Source: Bacteroidota bacterium
GTDB lineage: Bacteria; Bacteroidota; Bacteroidia; JABEUT01
Assembly (NCBI GenBank): GCA_013285655.1
Contig: JABDHI010000001.1
Span: 21,124-85,123, forward strand
DNA: 64,000 nt
Direction: 5' to 3'
The notes under the pieces were generated by a model. That model was not told the origin of the DNA. It saw only the letters and a program-made list of their open reading frames with translations, and ran no database searches. Below, piece after piece: positions 56,866 through 64,000 of this stretch (position 1 is the stretch's first letter; the number at the start of each line of letters is the position of its first letter). The translations under genes were made by a program, and so were the position numbers.

Positions 56866-57076
56866 TAGAACACAGATAAAACAATAAGTACAATGCCACA
56901 GATTCACAGATTAGTATTGTCTTTGATATGTTCAGTCAATTTTCACAGATTAGTATTAACACACATAGCGTAGCTATTTATAATCTGTGAATCTGTGGCA
57001 ATCTGTTTAAAATAAAATGGGAATTAAAAATAAAATCAGCGTACATCAGCCTAATCCGTGTCATCCGTGTTCTATT
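56866..57076. repeat. Gene-less element with GxxExxY-type ends and a nested 20-bp inverted repeat
   Basis: tagaacacagat at 56866; 57058-57076 identical to 34624-34642; nested IR 56894-56913 / 56981-57000. Confidence 0.85.
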
Positions 57077-57079
57077 GGT

Positions 57080-58153
57080 ATGTGTATTCTATTCGCGACT
57101 CTATTTTTAAACCTCTCAGCATTTGCTCAAAGCCCGCACAAGAGCAACGAATGGCTTAAGGGTTTACCTGATTCTATTTCAATTGGAGACATTAACCTGC
57201 CGGGATCACATGATGCTGTAGCCATCAACAAACATCATAACACGCCTTACTCTTGCCATAGCACTACTATTCCAGAACAGTTAGAAGCCGGTATTAGGTT
57301 ACTTGACATACGGATAAAAGTGAAAGGCCATAATCCTAATTACAGCTTTGCTACCTGCCACGGAAAATTTTTTGGTGGCTCATTACACTTTAACGAATAT
57401 CAGTCACTGAAATCGGTTTTAGATGAGTGCAGTGCTTTTTTAAAGAATAACCCGAGTGAGTTTATTATAATGATGTTGAAGATAGATGACTGGAATGGGA
57501 AAGATAAAGAAGGAATGTATGAGGCATTAGATTCTCTTTTATTTTCCGCATCTACTAACTATCCTATTTATAACACAGGCGATGCCGACCTTCCCTCACT
57601 TGGTAGCTTGCGTGGTAAAATATACTTGGTTAGCCGGATAGATGATACCCGCGAATTTGGTATACCTGTTGAATTCCCAAATAACACGGCCGACCTCATG
57701 CCACCTATCGAAACGCACCTAATTCACCCACAAGAAGGTGAACAGTCAGCCGTTTTCAGAAAGATAAGAGCTTACCCTATTTACATACAAGACCAGTATA
57801 AAAAACTGGGCCACCATGAAGCGCAGGCAAAACTTGCTTTGGTAGAACAAACCATACCCGTTAAAAAGAAAGGCGATGGAGAAGTAGTTTTAAATTACAC
57901 TACTGCAAGGCGTGGCTTTATGCTTTTATATAAAGTATATATACAAGATAGTGTGCTCAACTATTTTGGATCACGTGACATTTCTGCCAGGCCCATAAAC
58001 TTTGGCTGGACCATGTTGGATTACGAAAACTGGACCTACCCAACAGACAAGTATAGCGACCTTAATCTTATTAAGCTCATCATTTCATCCAACTTCCAAT
58101 ACGCTGACTATCCTGAAAAGTTTAAAGTATTAAAGGGTGAGCATAAGCAATAA
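57080..58153 (+). CDS. Secreted phosphatidylinositol-specific phospholipase C (PI-PLC X domain)
   Basis: LPGSHDA and TCHG catalytic His pair, QLEAGIRLLDIR, YIQDQY; start 57080 (ORF track 57017 includes translated repeat). Confidence 0.85.
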   Translation: MCILFATLFLNLSAFAQSPHKSNEWLKGLPDSISIGDINLPGSHDAVAINKHHNTPYSCHSTTIPEQLEAGIRLLDIRIKVKGHNPNYSFATCHGKFFGGSLHFNEYQSLKSVLDECSAFLKNNPSEFIIMMLKIDDWNGKDKEGMYEALDSLLFSASTNYPIYNTGDADLPSLGSLRGKIYLVSRIDDTREFGIPVEFPNNTADLMPPIETHLIHPQEGEQSAVFRKIRAYPIYIQDQYKKLGHHEAQAKLALVEQTIPVKKKGDGEVVLNYTTARRGFMLLYKVYIQDSVLNYFGSRDISARPINFGWTMLDYENWTYPTDKYSDLNLIKLIISSNFQYADYPEKFKVLKGEHKQ

Positions 58154-58483
58154 TTAGAATATCGACTTCTGTTGGTATTTTAACCTGCAACTATCTTTAG
58201 GGCATCTGCCCGTACCACTATCCTGAGATTCGTATGAACACTTAGGGCGGGCATACACCATCTCATCTTGATGAGGCATATACTGCTTCTCCAAATTACA
58301 GCTCCGGGTATCCTTCTTGGTCTTGTCAACCTTTGCAGGTTTAGTGTGCTTGCTGGCAGTTGTAGTTTTTACAGTTGTACTGGCTGGTTTTGTTTTAACT
58401 GTGTTTGTTGCATTAGTCTTAGTTTGGCAAAAAGCCAAAATACTGAGACCAGTTAGAAGGATAAATGTGAGTGTTGTTTTCAT
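58154..58483 (-). CDS. Hypothetical exported Thr/Lys-rich protein with Cys-rich C-terminus
   Basis: Signal peptide MKTTLTFILL..., PKC...RCPKDSC. Confidence 0.65.
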   Translation of the reverse strand: MKTTLTFILLTGLSILAFCQTKTNATNTVKTKPASTTVKTTTASKHTKPAKVDKTKKDTRSCNLEKQYMPHQDEMVYARPKCSYESQDSGTGRCPKDSCRLKYQQKSIF

Positions 58484-58554
58484 GGCAGTGATTTTGATAC
58501 AAATTTCACTCACGCCCATGAAGTTTTTATGAAGATGCAACTCCTCATTTCCCC

Positions 58555-59538
58555 CTAATGGGGGGACGAAGGGGGGCTTAATAACCCCATATCCTTAGCA
58601 ATCCAATAAGTACTAAAGAAACCTTTGTCGATTGAGAACATACCTGTGCGCCCACCACCGGTTATGGTAGTATCACTCGGGGCAACCATTAAGGCATGAC
58701 CAAGATTAGCTACTTCATAAAATATTATTTGTTCTTTACCTGCTTTGTTGCAATATGCTTTGCGGGTAATATCGGTTTTGTTATCGAATTGGTTTACGAT
58801 GTGTGTTGGGGCACTATCGGCTGCCAGTAAGGGCGCCCATTGTTTAATAAGCAAGTATGCATTCTTTTCGTTCACCACTTTATCCTCAGTACCTTGCATA
58901 ATAATCATACGCGGGTAATTGCCTTTATAAGTAGGGTTTTGTGTTACCACATAGCCTGTCAGTTCCTGCGGGCTTAAATCCTTAGGGTTCTCCATTGCCG
59001 ACATAGCCTGAAACGGGTTTTTGCCCGGCATAAAAGGCCCGCCTGCCAATATTGCACCCATATTAAAAAGGCTTGGGTAATCGGCCATTAGGGCTACACT
59101 TAATGCTGCCCCTGCCGATAATCCGTAAACAAATATGCGGGTAGTATCTATATCAAGACTATCCTTGGCAAAGTCTATCATCTCCCATACCGATGCCACT
59201 TCGCCTTTATCTTTAGTAGCATCTTCATCCTGAAACCAGTTAAAACAACCCGAAGGGTTATTCATGGTGCGTTGTTGGGGGTATAAAACATAAAAGCCAT
59301 AGGTATCTGCCAGGTCATTCCAACCCGATTCTTGTGCTATTACTTTGGCATTTTGTGTGCAGCCATGTAGTGCTACCACCAATGGGAGCCCTTTTTTTTG
59401 CTTAGCCAATGGTGGCTCGTGCAAAAACATTTTAAGGTTACCGGGGTTATTCCCAAAACTCTTTATCTCCAGCAAATCACTCTGCCCCTGTGCACTAAAT
59501 CCCGCTATAGCCATAATTAATAGGAATAGGTTCCTCAT
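58555..59538 (-). CDS. Secreted PHB depolymerase / LpqC family esterase
   Basis: NPGNLKM, HGCTQ oxyanion, GLSAG nucleophile elbow, GTEDKVV, LGH. Confidence 0.92.
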   Translation of the reverse strand: MRNLFLLIMAIAGFSAQGQSDLLEIKSFGNNPGNLKMFLHEPPLAKQKKGLPLVVALHGCTQNAKVIAQESGWNDLADTYGFYVLYPQQRTMNNPSGCFNWFQDEDATKDKGEVASVWEMIDFAKDSLDIDTTRIFVYGLSAGAALSVALMADYPSLFNMGAILAGGPFMPGKNPFQAMSAMENPKDLSPQELTGYVVTQNPTYKGNYPRMIIMQGTEDKVVNEKNAYLLIKQWAPLLAADSAPTHIVNQFDNKTDITRKAYCNKAGKEQIIFYEVANLGHALMVAPSDTTITGGGRTGMFSIDKGFFSTYWIAKDMGLLSPPSSPH

Positions 59539-59711
59539 GAACCAAAATTAGGATTTTAAACCGCTTAAACATAAACAAATTGGGGTGTGTGATTTGGCAC
59601 AATCCTTTGCATCTATGTGTCAAGTCCTATAATCGTCACTTTTCACCTCACGTGCCGTTACTATTATGCAAAGGTAGTTTGCGTTAGTTATAGAGCTTAT
59701 AGTTCACATTT

Positions 59712-59821
59712 ACCCAAACCCCTAAAGGGGCTAAAATACAAGATAGGTTCTAAAGCCCCTTTAGGGGTTTGGGGTCCACGAGAACAATCTCCCCCTGCCC
59801 CCTCCAGCGGGGGATATAGTA
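59712..59821. repeat. G/C-run REP cluster (CCCCTAAAGGGG and CCCCCTCCAGCGGGGG families)
   Basis: IR 59712-59732 / 59754-59775; 26-bp block 59796-59821 repeated exactly at 60553-60578. Confidence 0.85.
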
Positions 59822-59832
59822 AGCAACAAGTT

Positions 59833-59920
59833 GTTTGCGTTAGGGATAGTAGCGAAAAGCCCACAGCGCAGCGAGGACTTGTAGCGGACACCCCGATCCG
59901 AGGCACGAGGGTAACGCCCA
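59833..59920 (-). ncRNA. Structured dispersed repeat, Flavo-1-RNA-like (copy 2)
   Basis: See copy 1. Confidence 0.5.
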
Positions 59921-59945
59921 AATAATTTTTGTCTAAAGGATTTTT

Positions 59946-60449
59946 TTAAGGAGTAACTACAGCAGGCGTAATAATGCGGTTACTGGCAACGCCGGCGCGG
60001 TTGGTAATCCAAACAACCAATTTTTCGTTCACATTATTTACAAAATACCAACCGCCACTACTAAGTGCTATTTGTATCTGTCCACTTAATGCTTTGTAAT
60101 TGCCTGCTGGGGTAATGTCAGGAATATTATAAGGTATTATGGTAGTATCTCCGGTGCCGGGATTATTTATAACTCCCGGTTCAGTATAGGTAAAATAATT
60201 GCCTGAAGACACATCCTGTTGCTGTACCTCAATAAAAAAATCGTAAGGCGGGTTAACATCACTCGATGGGTAACCAATATCGCCATTACCGTCAGTAAAA
60301 TTTATTTTAAGTGTTGCAGAGCCATCACTATTTACTACCATACTCTGGTATGTAATAACGGGGTAAGGCGGATAATTTGGCTTTTTTACACAGCCAAATA
60401 AGCCCAAAAGGCCAACTGACAATATACCTATTATATATAGACGCTTCAT
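59946..60449 (-). CDS. Hypothetical lipoprotein
   Basis: Lipobox LFGC; FTDGNGDIG motif; start 60449 supported by minus-strand TATATTTG at 60456-60463. Confidence 0.8.
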   Translation of the reverse strand: MKRLYIIGILSVGLLGLFGCVKKPNYPPYPVITYQSMVVNSDGSATLKINFTDGNGDIGYPSSDVNPPYDFFIEVQQQDVSSGNYFTYTEPGVINNPGTGDTTIIPYNIPDITPAGNYKALSGQIQIALSSGGWYFVNNVNEKLVVWITNRAGVASNRIITPAVVTP

Positions 60450-60473
60450 TCTACTCAAATATACGAAAAATAT

Positions 60474-60621
60474 TCCTTCCCTCTCCTTGCATAAGGAGAG
60501 GGCTTGGGGTGAGGTGGCCCGCAGTTGACGCAAACGGGAACAATCCTCCTCTTGCCCCCTCCAGCGGGGGATATAGTAGTTATTTCGACATTCGGCATTC
60601 AATATTCGTTATTCATCATTC
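60474..60621. repeat. REP cluster upstream of lipoprotein gene and dnaK
   Basis: ccctctccttgcataaggagaggg hairpin plus ggggtgagg; 26-bp direct repeat copy; ATTC heptamers. Confidence 0.8.
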
Positions 60622-60630
60622 CCTCCAGTC

Positions 60631-60691
60631 TGCCACCCACCTGTCATACATCTGCCATATTTGCATTATGGGGTACTGGCACGGCATTTGA
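60631..60691 (+). promoter_or_regulatory. Candidate dnaK control region: phased TGYCA repeats plus sigma54-like TGGCACG-N4-TTGA
   Basis: TGCCA 60631, TGTCA 60642, TGCCA 60653; TGGCACGGCATTTGA 60677-60691. Confidence 0.45.
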
Positions 60692-60827
60692 TATATAAAC
60701 CAGTAGAAAGTGATAAAGTTTGTAAAGTTCATAAAGTTGAAAGCAAAAAGTCAAATGGACTTTAAGAACTTTAAAAACTTGAGAAACTTTACGAACTTAA
60801 AATGACAAACTTTAAAAACTAATAATT

Positions 60828-62747
60828 ATGAGTAAAATAATTGGAATCGACTTAGGAACCACGAACTCTTGCGTGGCGGTAATGGAAGGCAGTGAGCCTA
60901 CCGTAATAGCCAACAGCGAGGGCAGGCGCACAACCCCATCAATAGTAGCTTTTGTAGAAAACGGCGAACGTAAGGTGGGCGATGCTGCTAAGCGTCAGGC
61001 TATAACCAACGCTAAAAAGACCGTTTATTCAATTAAACGTTTTATGGGCCACACCTTTGCTGAGGTTCAGGATGAACTAAAGAGGGTGCCATATACCGTT
61101 GTAAACGAAAACAACACCCCACGTGTACAGATCGACGACCGTAAGTTTACCCCACAGGAAATTTCGGCTATGATTCTTCAAAAGATGAAGAAGACTGCTG
61201 AAGATTACCTGGGCCATGAGGTAACCGAAGCCGTTGTAACCGTACCTGCGTATTTTAACGATGCACAACGCCAGGCTACTAAAGAAGCAGGCGAAATTGC
61301 AGGCTTAAAAATACGCCGTATTATTAACGAACCTACTGCAGCTGCATTGGCTTATGGCTTAGATAAGAAGCATAAGAACATGAAGATTGCTGTGTTCGAC
61401 TTAGGTGGTGGTACATTTGATATATCGATACTTGAATTAGGCGAAGGCGTATTTGAAGTAAAATCGACCAACGGTAATACCCACTTAGGTGGTGATGATT
61501 TTGACCAGGTTATTGTAGACTGGTTAGCTGACGAATTTAAGAAAGACGAAGGCCTTGACCTGCGTAAGGACCCAATGGCTTTGCAACGTTTAAAAGAAGC
61601 TGCTGAAAAGGCTAAGATCGAACTTTCGGGTTCTACATCTACCGAAATTAACCTGCCTTATATTATGCCGGTTGATGGTATGCCTAAGCACTTAGTTAAA
61701 ACTTTGAGCCGTGCTAAATTCGAACAACTTTGCGATAAGCTGATACAAGCTTGTTTACCTCCTTGCGAAAAAGCAGTGAGCGATTCAGGTATTAAGGTAT
61801 CTGATATTGATGAAGTTATTTTAGTAGGTGGTTCTACACGTATACCTGCCATACAAGCTTTAGTTGAAAAATACTTTGGCAAAGCTCCATCTAAGGGTGT
61901 TAACCCCGATGAAGCAGTAGCAGTAGGTGCAGCAGTACAAGGCGCTGTATTAACAGGCGAAATTAAAGACGTACTGTTGTTAGACGTAACTCCGCTTTCA
62001 CTTGGTATTGAAACATTAGGCGGTGTAAGCACCAAGCTTATTGAATCGAACACTACCATACCTAGCCGTAAATCGGAAACCTTTAGCACAGCTGCTGATA
62101 ACCAACCTTCGGTAGAGATACACATTGTGCAAGGCGAACGCCCTATGGCAAAAGATAACCGCACACTGGGCCGCTTTATACTTGACAGTATACCACCTTC
62201 ACCAAGGGGCGTACCGCAAATTGAAGTAACCTTTGATATTGATGCGAACGGTATATTAAATGTATCGGCTAAGGATAAAGCAACCGGCAAAACACAGCAC
62301 ATACGTATTGAAGCAAGCTCTGGCTTAACCGACGCTGAAATTAAGCGTATGAAAGAAGAAGCTACAGCTAATGCTGAAAGCGACAAGAAAGCAAAAGAAG
62401 AAATTGATTTGCTGAATGCTGCTGACGGTTTGATCTTCCAAAGCGAAAAGCAATTAAAAGACTATGGCGATAAAATATCGAAAGATAAGAAAGAGCCAAT
62501 TTTAAAAGCGCTTAGCGATTTGAAAGATGCACATAAAGAGAAGAACCTTGATAAGATAAAGACTGCTACCGAAGCCTTAAACACTGTATGGCAAGCTGCA
62601 AGCGAAGAAATGTATAAAGCTGCGCAAGATGCTAACACAGGCAGCGCGCCTAACGGTGCAACTGCTGAAGGTGCCCCAGGTGCAGGAGATAAGAAAGATG
62701 AAGTGAAGGATGTGGACTTTGAAGAAGTAAAAGACGATAAGAAGTAA
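60828..62747 (+). CDS. dnaK: Chaperone DnaK (Hsp70)
   Basis: [30 protein letters not shown]. Confidence 0.99.
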   Translation: MSKIIGIDLGTTNSCVAVMEGSEPTVIANSEGRRTTPSIVAFVENGERKVGDAAKRQAITNAKKTVYSIKRFMGHTFAEVQDELKRVPYTVVNENNTPRVQIDDRKFTPQEISAMILQKMKKTAEDYLGHEVTEAVVTVPAYFNDAQRQATKEAGEIAGLKIRRIINEPTAAALAYGLDKKHKNMKIAVFDLGGGTFDISILELGEGVFEVKSTNGNTHLGGDDFDQVIVDWLADEFKKDEGLDLRKDPMALQRLKEAAEKAKIELSGSTSTEINLPYIMPVDGMPKHLVKTLSRAKFEQLCDKLIQACLPPCEKAVSDSGIKVSDIDEVILVGGSTRIPAIQALVEKYFGKAPSKGVNPDEAVAVGAAVQGAVLTGEIKDVLLLDVTPLSLGIETLGGVSTKLIESNTTIPSRKSETFSTAADNQPSVEIHIVQGERPMAKDNRTLGRFILDSIPPSPRGVPQIEVTFDIDANGILNVSAKDKATGKTQHIRIEASSGLTDAEIKRMKEEATANAESDKKAKEEIDLLNAADGLIFQSEKQLKDYGDKISKDKKEPILKALSDLKDAHKEKNLDKIKTATEALNTVWQAASEEMYKAAQDANTGSAPNGATAEGAPGAGDKKDEVKDVDFEEVKDDKK

Positions 62748-62765
62748 AACCTTCTAATACAAAAC

Positions 62766-62795
62766 AAAAAGCCTCGCAGAAATGCGGGGCTTTTT
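62766..62795 (+). terminator. Intrinsic terminator of dnaK
   Basis: AAAAA-GCCTCGCA-GAAA-TGCGGGGC-TTTTT. Confidence 0.85.
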
Positions 62796-62810
62796 AATAA
62801 ATATGATGAC

Positions 62811-63764
62811 ATGCCAGATACTCAGAACTGCCTAATCACTAATTGGCCTTTCGATTTAAACATATCAGAGCCTCCCTCTACATATGGCTATCTTATTACA
62901 ATTAGCGGAGTTCAGAGAACTATAATTATTGCGACAGATGATGTATTTAAAATATCAGATTATCCTCAAGAAAGAAAAAGAATTTTAAAGGGGTTACTTC
63001 TTAATGAGATATGGCATCAAGAAAGATTCACTACTGTAGAAGTTCTAGATGCCTTAATTGAATCTAACAAGTCAACTATTCCAAGCACTCCCAAAGACAA
63101 AAAAGACAAACTGCTCAACTCTCTTTATAAACGACTTAATTATGATGGGGAGGTAATAAACCTTAACATTAAGGAAGTTTCCCACGAAGCATTTTGGCTA
63201 TCTCTATTTCTAAAAAACAAGAAAGAATTATTATTCTATGCGCAGTTATTAAAAGAAGAAAACCTAGCCAATATAAAGTATTTTGTAAATAATGGTGAAT
63301 ATGATACTATTTCAAGCTTTTCACTAACTGCTAAAGGTATTGAATATATTCTGAAGCTCAACGAAGGAGATTATTCAAGCAATTGTTTTGTTGCAATGGC
63401 TTTCGATTCTGATATGAATCAAATTTATGACAATGCGATTAAACCTGCGGTTGAAGCTACCAGGTTTAAACCCATTAGAATTGACAGAGAACATATTTCA
63501 AGTGATACAACTATAAATGATAGTATAATTGCATCGATTAAAAAAGCGCGTTTTACTATTGCCGATTTTACTAGTAATAGAAATGGTGTATACTTTGAAG
63601 CTGGTTTCGCGCTTGGCAGAGGTCAAAAGGTAATATATACTTGCAAGGAGTCTGACTTAGCAAATTTACATTTTGACATTAGAGCTTACCAACAAATTGT
63701 TTGGAGAGATGCAGCTGATTTCAAGCAGAAGCTTATAGACAAAATTGAGGCGTTTATTAAATAA
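62811..63764 (+). CDS. wHTH plus nucleoside 2-deoxyribosyltransferase (NDT)/TIR-like domain protein
   Basis: LTAKG wing; CFVAMAF...IADFT..RNGVYFEAGFALG...LHFDI C-terminal domain; visibly AT-rich. Confidence 0.75.
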   Translation: MPDTQNCLITNWPFDLNISEPPSTYGYLITISGVQRTIIIATDDVFKISDYPQERKRILKGLLLNEIWHQERFTTVEVLDALIESNKSTIPSTPKDKKDKLLNSLYKRLNYDGEVINLNIKEVSHEAFWLSLFLKNKKELLFYAQLLKEENLANIKYFVNNGEYDTISSFSLTAKGIEYILKLNEGDYSSNCFVAMAFDSDMNQIYDNAIKPAVEATRFKPIRIDREHISSDTTINDSIIASIKKARFTIADFTSNRNGVYFEAGFALGRGQKVIYTCKESDLANLHFDIRAYQQIVWRDAADFKQKLIDKIEAFIK

Positions 63765-63783
63765 GCCAATTGGTAGAGTTGAT

Positions 63784-64000
63784 CTAAATATTACTATCTT
63801 CTTCGTTAAGCTCCTTAACCATTTGAGTCAGCGTTTGATTTATGTCCGAAACCTTATGGACTAAATCATTGTAAAATCTTTTCCGCGCAGGGTAAATGTC
63901 ATTACCTGGGTCTTCAAAATAACCCATAATATTACCTCGCCATGACCACCATCTTTCACTTAAATCCTTCATTACTTGCAGCCATTTTGATAGTAATGTT
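63784..64000 (-). CDS. Hypothetical protein, 3' part (frame open to window edge)
   Basis: Frame continues TLLSKWLQV-MKDLSERWW... with no stop up to 64000. Confidence 0.55.
   Translation of the reverse strand, partial: TLLSKWLQVMKDLSERWWSWRGNIMGYFEDPGNDIYPARKRFYNDLVHKVSDINQTLTQMVKELNEEDSNI

Noticed and set aside
59617-59925. ORFs 59617-59925 (+), 59697-59921 (-) and 60377-60691 (+)
   Set aside because: They are translations of GC-rich repeat clusters that lack stop codons by composition; no protein-like features.
61658-62386. Long antisense ORFs (also 14553-15068, 23751-24281, 45390-45959, 40467-40889)
   Set aside because: Shadows of conserved sense genes caused by codon bias.
1-64000. tRNA, rRNA, riboswitch, prophage or transposase genes
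   Set aside because: None recognised by eye; tRNAscan-SE and Infernal would be needed to exclude small RNAs fully.

Overview
Chromosomal segment of a Bacteroidota bacterium. Evidence: TAnnTTTG -7 promoters, the uppS-bamA-skp-skp-murI and DUF4290-murA gene orders, and hppD/hmgA suggesting aerobic metabolism. It holds about 62 CDSs, mostly housekeeping and envelope genes: manC, ftsX, hmgA, hppD, ppiD-like, murA, murI, bamA, uppS, gmd/fcl, cysQ, wecB, radC, leuS, prc, pheT, exbB/exbD/tonB, anmK, fabI, recN, nadC, rlmH and dnaK. I found no rRNA, tRNA, CRISPR array, integrase, transposase or prophage. The main unexplained structure is intergenic: at least ten families of short palindromic or periodic REP/MITE-like elements recur, cluster and nest inside one another. 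One family brackets an intact small PD-(D/E)XK nuclease gene (GxxExxY) as inverted arms (34158-34642). The same arms recur without the gene elsewhere (29080, 56866-57076), as expected for an autonomous/non-autonomous element pair. Other leads are a ~545-nt repeat-mosaic leader in front of gmd, two copies of an 88-nt structured repeat, a wHTH plus NDT/TIR-like candidate defence gene behind dnaK, a sigma54-like promoter with phased repeats at dnaK, a bipolar basic/acidic protein and a secreted His-rich mini-protein. No searches were run, so family names come from motif recognition.
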